A stretch of DNA of 64,000 nt from Selaginella moellendorffii (taxonomy: Eukaryota; Plantae; Lycopodiophyta), in NCBI RefSeq assembly GCF_000143415.4, contig NW_003314265.1, forward strand, positions 1,260,446 to 1,324,445, read 5' to 3'. Positions 1 to 10,700 of the stretch are shown piece after piece; the first letter of the stretch is position 1; the number at the start of each line of letters is the position of its first letter. The notes below the pieces were generated by a model that worked only from the letters and a program-made list of their open reading frames with translations, was not told the origin of the DNA and ran no database searches. A program made the position numbers and the translations under genes.

Positions 1-842
1 TCTTTTTCAATTATATAGTACAATGTAAGTGATATAGTTGTAAATTTAATATATTTTTTTTGGAAAAAGTTACATTAACAATATATATTAACAAATAAAG
101 TAAAATTTTGAATTAAATGAGAGAACATCCATTAATATTTTTATTAATGAACTTTTATTTTATAAATTTTTTTATTAATATTTTACTTCCAAATGCTATA
201 TAATTTGGGTATTAAGGATTATTATAGTTGGACTAATTACTATCAAATGCATTTTATAAACTATTTTCTATTTTAAATTTTTAAAGTTATTTCACAAAAA
301 ACTAAACAATTCATTCTTGAGTATTAATAATAGAGAGTACCTAAAGTGTATTATCGAGGTTGTTTACAAAAATGAGGATATAAAAATACTCAAAGTAGAG
401 GTCAGGGGATGAAAATAAGCTGGGTGCAATTTGATGGTTGGAATTAAAATCAAGTCGAATAAAAATGTTAAAAATTGAAAATATTTACCATTATGTTTTG
501 TCGAAAAATTCCAAACCTAATAAAATAGAAATTAAGTTCTAAGATTAAAATAAAATTAATATTAAAATAATTAAAATTATTAATTATTTAACATCAGTAT
601 GATCAATACTATCTGAACAAGCAACATAAGCATTATCCCCAAAGTCATGTTAAAGCTTGAATTAAAGAATTTGCTTAGTGAGAAGGCACAAACAAACTCA
701 ATGACATGGCAAACACCACAAGAAAATCATTGAAAAAACTACCAATTTCCCTTTGCTATGTGTAAAACAACTAGCTCTTATACTAGAATCTATTTGTAAT
801 TTGTAACTATTTTCCAACATGAAATTTAAACCTACATTTTTA

Positions 843-2081
843 TCACTTTGGGTTCCAGCGTTGCGGCCAGGAGTATAGGTTCTTGTGACGGCCGTAGCTC
901 CAGTTTTGGTGGTGATGATCGCTTCGTCGCGGCCAGCTTTGGCTCTGACCGCCGTAGTACTCGCTCGGCCAACGCTGATGATCATAGCCATACTCTGGAG
1001 CTTGCGAGGTCGAGGGATCGTAAGGATTGTGGTATTGATGATCGTAGCTCGTGGATTGATCGTAGCTAGCAGCATTGTAATAGTCCTCCGGCTGCTGCTG
1101 CTGCTGGTAGTAGTTCTGTGGATCGGAGTGGTATTGGTTGTAGTAGTCGTAAGAAGGTGGAGATGATTGGGCCGAGGAATCGTAGTACTGTTGGCTCCAG
1201 GATTGCTGGGGCTGCTGGGAGTGCTGGCTCCACGAAGAGGTTTGATGGGGAGCTTGATCCCACCAAGATTGCTGCTGTTGTTGTTGGTCGTAAGGTTGCG
1301 AGGAATTGGATTGCTGCTCTGGCCAGGATGTTTGATTGTTCCAATTGGAATTGCTGGGCCACGATGGCTGTTGCTTCCAAGCCCAAGATGGATTTGTATA
1401 GTTCCAGGGAGAGTAAGCTTGTGCCTCGAATGGCGACGACGAAGAAGAGAAGAAAGCCTGCGGGGAGACCATGTTGTAAGATTGCTGCTGAGGAAATTGT
1501 TGTGAGAAGCCTGGCATTCCGCGCGGCTGCTGTTGCAATCCCATTCCCATCATGGTGGCTCCTCCGCGACTGAATTGCTGCTGGAATGGATTCATCATCA
1601 CCGGAGGCGAGCGGCTCATCATCGTCATTCCCGGGAATCTCATCGCCATCATCATCCCAGGCTGCTGCTGCGGCATCATCATTCCCTGCTGCATCGCTCC
1701 CAGCCTTGGGGGGACCATCATCATCGGCACTTGCGGCCTGATGCCTCGAATTCCACTCAGTCCTCCCATGAGGCCGGATTGGGGAGGCACTGCGAGAGCG
1801 CCGCCGGGAGCTGAAGATCCTGGCTTCGTTCCAGCTGCTGGCTCGTCGCCTGCGCTGCCTTGATCGGATACACGCTCCTCCGTTGCAGTGCTCGTCTCCT
1901 CCTCGCTGCTCTCCACCGCTTTCTTCAGTTTGGTCTTCGTCTTGCTCGCGGAGGTAGCGGCCTTTTTGCTCTTCTGCGTGGCCGCCGCATTTTTCGACGA
2001 TTTCGGGGTAGATTTCTTCCCCTCGGCCGACGATTTCTTCGTCCCAGCTGCCGCCTTCTTCTTGCCCTTGTCGACCGCCAT
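843..2081 (-). CDS. Uncharacterised low-complexity protein: K/S/A-rich N-terminus, M/G/P/Q middle, Q/S/Y/W prion-like C-terminus
   Basis: Uninterrupted ORF of ~412 codons from ATG 2081. A probable short 5'UTR intron (gtaagt...gag, ~2084-2128) lies upstream. No globular domain recognised. Confidence 0.65.
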   Translation of the reverse strand: MAVDKGKKKAAAGTKKSSAEGKKSTPKSSKNAAATQKSKKAATSASKTKTKLKKAVESSEEETSTATEERVSDQGSAGDEPAAGTKPGSSAPGGALAVPPQSGLMGGLSGIRGIRPQVPMMMVPPRLGAMQQGMMMPQQQPGMMMAMRFPGMTMMSRSPPVMMNPFQQQFSRGGATMMGMGLQQQPRGMPGFSQQFPQQQSYNMVSPQAFFSSSSSPFEAQAYSPWNYTNPSWAWKQQPSWPSNSNWNNQTSWPEQQSNSSQPYDQQQQQQSWWDQAPHQTSSWSQHSQQPQQSWSQQYYDSSAQSSPPSYDYYNQYHSDPQNYYQQQQQPEDYYNAASYDQSTSYDHQYHNPYDPSTSQAPEYGYDHQRWPSEYYGGQSQSWPRRSDHHHQNWSYGRHKNLYSWPQRWNPK

Positions 2082-2428
2082 AGCTCGCAAGAACAGGGGA
2101 TATTTTCCCGCGGGAAACCGTTACTTACCGTTGAGATTCATAACGAAGGATATTCCTGCCGAGCTGGCGGAATCAAGGGCCACGCTGAAGGGGCGCAGAT
2201 CGGCATCCGACGGCTGCCAAGCCTCAAGCGTGGTGGCCTAGGGCTAGGCTGTCCACCAGCATTCTAGGGTTCCAATTCCAGTCGCGACAGTCACTGTTTG
2301 CTTTGGCACAGCGGCTATCCCATTCCCTTGGCGTGGATGTTGTCACTCGCTAGATGAGATTTAGGGTGTCCTCGATCTTGGTGGGTTCCTCGGCTCTCCA
2401 TCGCTGAGCGGCGGGGCGGCAGGGCAGG

Positions 2429-2453
2429 GCAGCAGCAGCAGCAGCAGCAGCAG
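2429..2453 (+). repeat. (CAG)n microsatellite just upstream of the E2 start codon
   Basis: gcagcagcagcagcagcagcagcag read directly. Confidence 0.85.
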
Positions 2454-2464
2454 CGCAGGCGAGA

Positions 2465-3798
2465 ATGTCTTCCCCGAGCAAGCGCCGCGAAATGGATGTG
2501 ATGAAACTGTGAGTCTCGCCTCCTCTCGAATTTCAATTCCTTCTTCGCTCTCCAGTGGACCTCTCTTTCTTCGCTTTCTTCCTCTCTGCTAATTCATTGC
2601 TTCTTCTTTTTGCTTCCCATTCCTCTTTCCAGGATGATGAGTGACTACAAGGTGGAGATGGTAAACGATGGGATGAACGAGTTTAATGTGGAGTTCCATG
2701 GACCTCGGGATAGTAAGTCCTCCACACTGCCCTCTTCTCTTCCTCTTGTCTCCCTGTGGTTTTCGTGCCTCTGTGTCTCTCGGCTTGTTTGAAAGAGAGA
2801 TTTCTTCTTGTTTTTGCCTTGGATTGGATCTGTAGGAGAACTGCCCTCGAGTTGAGTTGCCATTTTTTGTTCGCTCTTCCAGATTCATAGCCATGGACAC
2901 AAAAGAATGCCACCACTTTTTGGTGCGGGTCCTCGAGAAGAGCTCCAAAAACTCCAGGTGTCCACCTCTCAAAGCTAAAACACGTAAAAATCTAAGCCAT
3001 TGTCACTTCGCCGGGAGTTTTTTTCTTTTGTTTTTCTTCCCTTGTGGTGTCACGTATCACGTAGATAGAGTGGATTTCGTTGCTTCTGCATCTCTTTTTC
3101 AACTCCCCGGGCTGTGGCATGGTTCTAATCCTGTTTCGTTTCCAACAGGTCCATATCAAACGGGGACTTGGAAGGTTCGTGTCGAACTTCCAGAGGCTTA
3201 CCCGTATAAATCTCCATCCATCGGTTTTGTGAACAGGATATTTCACCCCAATGTGGACGAGATGTATGCCTGCCTGAAATCTCCCATTTCTTTTCGTTCT
3301 CTTTCCTTTTCTCTCTCTTTTTTTCGGTCTTTCGGTTCTTTCTTTGGAGCTCATCTTATCGATGCTTTGCTTCCAGGTCCGGCTCCGTGTGCTTGGACGT
3401 GATCAACCAAACGTGGAGCCCAATGTTCGGTAAAGATGATTTGCTCGAAAGTTTCAAGCTCTGAAAGTTCGTTGGTATAGATTTGATCAACGTGTTTGAG
3501 GTGTTTCTACCTCAGCTGCTACTCTATCCCAACCCCACAGATCCACTCAACGGTGAAGCGGCCGCGTTGATGATGAGGGACAGAGATCGCTACGACCAGA
3601 AAGTTAAAGGTAAGAGCGATGTACTCTCTTCTTGTTTCGCCTGGCCAAAGTTTTTCGTGCGTCTTGACAGAGTACTGCGAAAGATATGCAAAGTCAGAGG
3701 ATACGGCAGCTCACCCCGAAGAGAGCAGCGACGCGGAAGTGACTGATGAGGATTACGCGTCCAGCGACGAGGAAATGGCTGGCCATGCCGATCCTTGA
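2465..3798 (+). CDS. Ubiquitin-conjugating enzyme E2, plant UBC4/5/6 (UBE2H/Ubc8-like) class, multi-exon
   Basis: Spliced translation [15 protein letters not shown]|[26 protein letters not shown]|[39 protein letters not shown]|[17 protein letters not shown]|[19 protein letters not shown]..., then an acidic tail and TGA at 3796-3798. HPN motif and catalytic Cys present. Confidence 0.95.
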
Positions 3799-3981
3799 CG
3801 CTGCTCATAGCTGCTGTGCTGGGTACATAAATTAAAATCTATATCAGAAATAATAGAACACAAATTTGAAACATACCAAGAACACGGAGCTGTTTGTCAA
3901 GCTTGGAAAAACCGTTAATCACAGAGGTACCAATATAAGTACCTTCGTTCACGAAGTTAAAACGAGTACCTGTGTGATCGA

Positions 3982-6900
3982 TCATGAAGTTGGAACTAGT
4001 CCGGACGATTCGCAGTTTGTCAAGCTTTGTGGATCCTTCTCCAGGTACATGTTGCTCAGCAACACGTAAGGCGACGAATCGCAGTGGTCAAAGAAGTTTG
4101 ATGCCTTCCGCGCTGCGTTTGTGCCTCTCTCCAAGTCTCCATGGAGCCTACAAGCTCCCAGGAGGACCTTCCAAGTTAGAGGGTCTCCCGCCGGCATCTT
4201 CCTGATCAAATCCTCGGCCTCCCGGAGCCAGCCTGCTCGTCCCAGCAAGTCCACAAGGCAGTTCATGTGATCCGCCGTGGGAGTGACGCCGTGATCTTCC
4301 ACCATGCACGCAAAGTAGTGCATCCCCTGGCCGACGAGGCCGGCGTGGCTGCAGCCGCTGAGAATGCTGGTGAGCGTTACCGAGGTGGGAAGGACGCCTT
4401 GCAACACCATGCCGTAGAAGAGCTCCAGCGCTTCACTGGGGTGGCCAGCGGACGTGTAGATGGTGACCATCGTCGTCCAAGTTACTACGTTGTTCTTCCT
4501 GGTTCTACCACCCGGATCAGGCGTCTGAAGCTCGTCTTCGAAGAGCTTCCTGGCGGTCTCCAGGCAGCCGCACTTCCCGTACATGGCGATGAGTGCGTTG
4601 GCGAGGACCTCTTCCGCCTGGAAGCCCGAGCGGAGGATGCGAGTGTGGAGAGATTTGCCGTGAGCAAGAGCTCCCAGCAGCGCACACGACTCCACCATTC
4701 TCAGCAGGGCCACCTTTCCTGCCTTGACCCCTTCGAAGTCCATGCTCTTGAGGAGCTCTAGTGCCGGAGAAGCCTGCCAGTTTTGGGAGAGAGCCACGAT
4801 GAGAGCGCTCCAGGAGACGGAATCCTTGTTGCACGAGATACCCTTGAAAACGGACTTTGCATCCTCCACACTCCCGCAACGTCCATAAGCAGCTATGAGA
4901 CTGTTCTCTAGTGCGAGGCTGGGAAGAACTCCTGCCTCGGTCAGCCTTGCGTGTGTCTGCTTCACCATCGTGATGTCTCCCACTCCAGCAATGGCGTCCA
5001 GCAGGCCCAGAAAGGTGACTCTGTGCAGCTTTATCCCTTCCAAGTCCATCCTTCGCACTAGTTCAATCGTCTCCAGGCCGTGTCCGTTGGTAGCATAGGC
5101 AGAAACCATGGCATTCCATGCGATAGAGTCCCTTTCCCCATCGGCCATCTTCTCAAAAAAAATCCTCTCGGCTTCCTCTACGTTGCCACACTTGGCGTGC
5201 ATGTTGAGCAGCGCAGTCTCTAGCACGATAGTCGACTCGAATCTGCTGGCCACAGATAGAACATACTCCGGTATGACGATACTTCTCTCGTCTTTGTCCA
5301 CTGCTGCTGCCAGGCTCACGCACGCATCGATCAAGCCCAGCAAAGTGACTTTGTTTGGATGAACGCCTTCTAGATGCATTTGATGAAGCAGCTCCATCGC
5401 CTGGCTAGCCTGCCCGTTGGTTGCGTGAGCTACAATGGAAGAAGTCCACGAAATCACGTTCTTGCACTCCATTCCCGTGAAGACGGCTCTTGAAGCGTCT
5501 ATGTTACCACACTGGCCATACGAGGTGATGAGTGTGTTGCCAATCTCTTGATCTGCCTCCAATCCTTCCGCAAGCAGTCGTAAGTGGAGCTGCTCCACCT
5601 GTTGTAACGTCGAGCACGCGTCGAGCAGAGCAACGTAGCTGAACTTGTTGAGTCTTACGCCCTGGAGGTCCATACTGTGAAGAAGCTGAGCTGCTTGTTC
5701 GGTCTGGCCGTTGTGTGTGTGAGCTACGATGAAAGCGTTCCATAAGCTGGCTAGATCCTTCCCGCAATCCGGGACACTTTTCCGAAACACTTGGTTGGCT
5801 TCTTCTAGATCTCCATGCTTCCCGTACATGATCACAAGCGTGTGCGGGACACCTTTGTCCCGATCGAATCCACATTCGATGATCTTGGAGTGGACCATCC
5901 GCCCCTGTGACAAATCTTTGCAAGCGTCGAGGAGGATGAGTAACGTAGTCGAGTCTGGCTTAACCCCTTCTAGCTGCATCACCTGATAGACTCGAAAAGC
6001 CTCGTTGCTCTGCCCGTTAAACCCGAGAACCCTCACCATTGCGTTCCATGATAACTCGTTCCTAAAGCTCATCCCGTCGAACAATGTCTTGGCTTCGACT
6101 AAGCTTCCACACTTCCCATACATGTTGACGAGCGAAGTGCTGACAGCAACATCTTCATGAAAAGCTGACTGAGCTGCTCGAGCGTGCACTCTCCGGCCTT
6201 GCTCCAGGAGCTCGGAGCAATCACAGGCGTCGAGAACTGCAATGTAGGTGACGGCATCGGCCTCAATGCCTTCAAGGTCCATCTGATGAAACAGCTTGAA
6301 TGCTTCGTCTACGTATCCAGACTGCGAGTATGTCGAAAGCATGAGCGTCCACGAAACCACGTCCCTGACTTCCATGCGATAGAACTCGGCCATGGCATCT
6401 TCCAAACTCCCAGCTTTCACGTAGAGATTCATGACGGCGTTCCTCATTACAGCGTCTACGTGGATCTCACTCTCGATCAATCGCCGGTGGAGAATCCTGG
6501 CTTGTTCTAAGCTCACCACCCCCGTGCACAAGTTGACGAGATTGTTGAAGGTCACGTCGTCGGGTCTGGTCCCATCCAGCGCCATCTCTGTGAAGAGCTT
6601 GAGTGCATCCTCCACGAGCCCGTTCTGCAGATAGGCCGTTATCAAGACGTTCCACGACACCACATTCTTAGAAACAATCTTACCAAAAAGCGACCTTGCT
6701 TCCTCCAGCGCTCCACACTTCCCGTATAAGTTCACCAGCGCGTGCCCGAGAACGTCCTCGGCCTCAAACCCGAGCTCGGTCACGCGCCCGTGCACCACCT
6801 TCCCTTGCTCCAAGTCCCCCAGCTTAGAGCAAGCCTCGAGAAGGCTCACAAAAACCACCCTGTCCGCCTTGACTCCCTCGTGTTCCATCTCCTGGAACAG

Positions 6901-7626
6901 TTTGGCGGCCTCGAGCTCGTACCCGTTGTGAGCATAGGCCGAGAGCATCGCGTTCCAGGCCACCACGTCCCTGTGCTCCATCCGAAAGAACATCTCTTCG
7001 GCGTCGTGTATGCTGCCACATTTCCCATACATGTTGACGATGGCAGTTCCCAGGAAGATATCTCTGTTCAACCCAAGCTCCAAAGACGTCGAGACTCTCT
7101 CGTGGAGCCACCTTGCCTGGGGCAGCATCTCCTTGCGCGAGATCATGTTGAAAATGGTGGAGTAAGTGAAAGCATCGGCCTCTACTCCATCCAGATCCAT
7201 TCTCCTCAGCGCCTCCATGGCTTCCCTGTGATGCCCATTGCGGGCATATGCCGCGATGAGCAGCGTCCACGAGTAGACGTTTGGGGACTCAATGGCATCG
7301 AACGCCGTACGGGAGCCCTCCACGCCGCCGCACCTGCCGTACATCTCCACCAAGAGATTGGAGAGGAAGCGATCGCCGCCGAGCCCGGATCGCAGCACCG
7401 CGGCGTGAACCCGCTCGGCCTCGGCCAGATCTCCGGCGCGCCCGCACTGCCGGATGCGGTTCGCATGATCTTTGATCTCCTGCTCGCCATGAAGATTTCG
7501 ATCCTGCTGCTGCCTACCCTCCCGATGAATCGCTGCGAGGCGCTGGATTTCCAGCAATGCGGCCTCTCCCAGCGATGCGGCGCTACCGTGCTGCAAGGAT
7601 TTCGCCCGCCATGCCCGAATGCTCAT
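3982..7626 (-). CDS. PLS-class pentatricopeptide repeat protein with E domain and no DYW (organellar RNA-editing factor type)
   Basis: Intronless 1214-aa ORF with many LVNMYGKCGSL / DVVSWNAM repeats. Ends with E-domain motifs CLVDLLGRAG, TWKVLLGACRLHGD and PYVLLSNMY. Confidence 0.95.
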   Translation of the reverse strand: MSIRAWRAKSLQHGSAASLGEAALLEIQRLAAIHREGRQQQDRNLHGEQEIKDHANRIRQCGRAGDLAEAERVHAAVLRSGLGGDRFLSNLLVEMYGRCGGVEGSRTAFDAIESPNVYSWTLLIAAYARNGHHREAMEALRRMDLDGVEADAFTYSTIFNMISRKEMLPQARWLHERVSTSLELGLNRDIFLGTAIVNMYGKCGSIHDAEEMFFRMEHRDVVAWNAMLSAYAHNGYELEAAKLFQEMEHEGVKADRVVFVSLLEACSKLGDLEQGKVVHGRVTELGFEAEDVLGHALVNLYGKCGALEEARSLFGKIVSKNVVSWNVLITAYLQNGLVEDALKLFTEMALDGTRPDDVTFNNLVNLCTGVVSLEQARILHRRLIESEIHVDAVMRNAVMNLYVKAGSLEDAMAEFYRMEVRDVVSWTLMLSTYSQSGYVDEAFKLFHQMDLEGIEADAVTYIAVLDACDCSELLEQGRRVHARAAQSAFHEDVAVSTSLVNMYGKCGSLVEAKTLFDGMSFRNELSWNAMVRVLGFNGQSNEAFRVYQVMQLEGVKPDSTTLLILLDACKDLSQGRMVHSKIIECGFDRDKGVPHTLVIMYGKHGDLEEANQVFRKSVPDCGKDLASLWNAFIVAHTHNGQTEQAAQLLHSMDLQGVRLNKFSYVALLDACSTLQQVEQLHLRLLAEGLEADQEIGNTLITSYGQCGNIDASRAVFTGMECKNVISWTSSIVAHATNGQASQAMELLHQMHLEGVHPNKVTLLGLIDACVSLAAAVDKDERSIVIPEYVLSVASRFESTIVLETALLNMHAKCGNVEEAERIFFEKMADGERDSIAWNAMVSAYATNGHGLETIELVRRMDLEGIKLHRVTFLGLLDAIAGVGDITMVKQTHARLTEAGVLPSLALENSLIAAYGRCGSVEDAKSVFKGISCNKDSVSWSALIVALSQNWQASPALELLKSMDFEGVKAGKVALLRMVESCALLGALAHGKSLHTRILRSGFQAEEVLANALIAMYGKCGCLETARKLFEDELQTPDPGGRTRKNNVVTWTTMVTIYTSAGHPSEALELFYGMVLQGVLPTSVTLTSILSGCSHAGLVGQGMHYFACMVEDHGVTPTADHMNCLVDLLGRAGWLREAEDLIRKMPAGDPLTWKVLLGACRLHGDLERGTNAARKASNFFDHCDSSPYVLLSNMYLEKDPQSLTNCESSGLVPTS

Positions 7627-7718
7627 GCCCTAGCCATCATTCCTCTGTTTTTAGGGCTTTTATTTCGTATTAAAGGAAATATAAGCTAAACGCCATATGT
7701 TAACTTCCCGGATTTAAG

Positions 7719-10700
7719 CTAACTTCCTTCTTCTTCCACGAGCATGGATTTGCTTCTTAGTTGCTGTTCTTGCTGTTCATCTTGTTGCGGTTCTTCGTTT
7801 CCACCGCTTTGATCGTCTCTGAGCAACGGAAATCCTCCCTCAAATTCTTCTCCTCTAGCCCGGGCAGCTCGCCTCCTTACTAGAAATCCCCGCACAAGTG
7901 CCTGGACTTTCGTGGTCGCGCCGCGGATATACACGTCTTGGATGCGCTTCTCTCTTTCGATGCGTAAAGTGAGCGGTAGACCCTGTGCATTGTTGAGAAA
8001 CACTCAAGCCACGAGAACCATGAAACGAAAAGGCTTAACTGTGGGTCCGATCTTGTAAAGCGTCAAAGTTTCTAGCAGCTGCTTGAAAGGAATCCCTTTG
8101 TCTGGAACCCGGAAGCTCATGACCTCGAACTCGATCCTCAGGTACCTGAAATGGGAGTAGGAGAGTGAGAAGCTTGAGATGAGAGTTTAGATCACCATTG
8201 AACGGTGGCATTGTAGCGACGTCCCAGAGGAATTCCTAGAGAGTTTACGAAACGCCGTAGCTTGTGCATGCCAATATAACCCGTGGCTCTGCTCAAAGTA
8301 AAGTGAGAAGCCTGATCAACGAAGTAAAATGCTTACTCGGGATCGAAAGGCAATTCAGCCCATAGAGACTTAAACGCGAGAAGGTGCTCCGGCGTCACCA
8401 TTGAATTCTCGTTCACCAATCCAAAAGTGATGGCATCGAGAATCACGGCTACAAACAGGTTCATGAAGATGTGGCTTGCCACCACGATCAAGCAAACGAA
8501 GTATATCACTCCCGCAAAAGGATAACCACAGTCGTTCTTCAGCATGGTGTTGCCATCGGTACATTTTGGAGTACCCAGCATCGCGTCGGCCATAATGCAC
8601 GACCAGTTGTCAAGCGTCGTTACCTGTGAAACAAGCATTAGCTAATCACGAGCAGAACTAAAATGCAAACGAACTTACTTGAAACACGGTAATGAAAGAA
8701 TTCACAAAGGTTTTGAAGTTAACCAGGGGACCAATACAAGCTCCATCCGCAACTTGGCTGAACATCTGGAAACCGATTCCAGCGAACAAGAAGAGGAAAA
8801 TCCCCAGAAGAGCCATGATCTCTCCTATAGTCGGGCAGCATATGAACATCACTCTCATAATGACCCGAGCTCTTGGTACGTGAGGAATGATGCAAAACAC
8901 TCGAGCAATGTAAGCAAACCGGCCAACATAACCCCTGGGTGTTCCCTTCAATCCCATCAATCCCGCCCCTGCTAAGATGGAAATCACAGCCTCTATGTGT
9001 CTTGAATACTCGTATCTGTAAACTCTAAACTGCAAAACCAGCAATAAAACAACGTTTCATGAGAAAGAAAAACAAAACACGCAGCTTTATACCTCGTCGC
9101 CGAGAAACTTGGTCAATGACTCGACCAAAAAGTACGCAGTGAGCGCGCAATGAGCTTTCTGGCGGCGATTGGATACATACGCTGGTTGGCCGGCATAGTT
9201 CGTAGCCAAGAGTCCAGAGTAACCAAGGAGGCAAACAATCATAGTGTTCTGGTAATGCCGGTTCCGGATCGCATAGAAGCACAGCTTTCTGATATAGTTC
9301 TTCGGTGGTCGTGGCAGTGCCCCTGGTTTTAGCTTCTGAATAATACGGTTCATGTCCCGCCATAGCTTCTGCCTCTCCGTCAAGAGCAGCGACCCAGAAT
9401 TCTTTCCAAACTCGTTTATAAAAACTCCGATGAACACCCTGATGATAAAAAATCCTCCGCAAACGCAGAACGCCACGAAGTACAAGGCATAAGCCGGGCT
9501 GTTGTCCCGTTGCGGCTGCTTGTTTTCACCAACAATATCCATTACTGGATACAGCCAATTCGTTACCCAATTGTCGAAGGTAGAGCAGACGAATAAAGAG
9601 AGAAAAGCATTACCAATGTCGTCAAAGTGGAAGTTCGGATTTACCCAGGCCCGCGGAGAGTAAACGCCAACATTGTTGTAGTAGTGCCCGGTGCAATAGG
9701 CTCGATGAGATATTTTGCTGTCGTTGCAAAAGTAGAGACGACCTCGAAAGAGCTGGATCCCGATGGAGCCGAAAGTCACGAAGAGCATAAATGTGAATAG
9801 CAGCACAGCTATGATGGCAGGAAGCGTCTTGACCAGGTTGGACATTAAGGAGCGCAGTCCACTGATCCTACTGATGAAGCGGAATGGCCGCAATGCCGTC
9901 AAGGCATGAACAGCTCTTCTGGATTTCTCACCCCAGGTGGCAAGGTTGACCGCGTCGATGATAACAATGAAAATATCGAGGATGTTGTAGGGGTCGTTTA
10001 GAACGGCATCCGGCGAGAACATAAAACCGTTGGCTATAACCTTGAGCAGCAGTTCCAGCATGAAAACCTGCAACTCGAGTCATAAGCAATGAAGACATAT
10101 AGCTTGACTCTTACCACAAACACAAGCTTGTGCAGCACGTTGATAGCAGTGGGTGCAAATACCGGCTCCCCAGTTGCCCGCATCTCGATGACAATCCACG
10201 TACCTATGCCAACCCAAGCTATAGAAAACCATTCCCACCACTTGCTCTCGACGATAGCTTTGCAATGCTTTCTCAGGTGACTCTTCTCTCCGAACAAGAG
10301 AAGAGAGCCTTCGTGCAGGTACCATGGCCTTTCGATGCTGTCGATGTTCTTTTCAAGCTGTTCATAGTCCGATAACTGGAACGACTGCCTTTTGCCCGAG
10401 CCTTTTCTGCTCATGTCTCTGCTAAGAAGCAAGCTGGGAGATTTGAAGGACGGAGGCTTAGTGATGTCGGCAAGAGTTAACACAGCATCCTCAAGTGCAG
10501 TTCTCGACCCTCGCTTCTCTCCGATGTTAGGGGGAAATCCAGAAGCTTGCAAAATCTGAGAATTCCGGCTGCGTCGTCTTTGCGGCTCAGTCGAGCTGGC
10601 ACTGGTTTGCTCTGCAGCTGCAGTAGACACTGCCTCCAGATTATCCTGTCCTTTGCCAGAGTCCCGGTCCTTGCGTCGAGAACGATGTTTTTGCTTCTTG

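Noticed and set aside
3984-7689. Long plus-strand ORFs (e.g. 6742-7689, 315 aa) opposite the PPR gene
   Set aside because: Antisense shadows of a GC-rich CDS with no independent motifs
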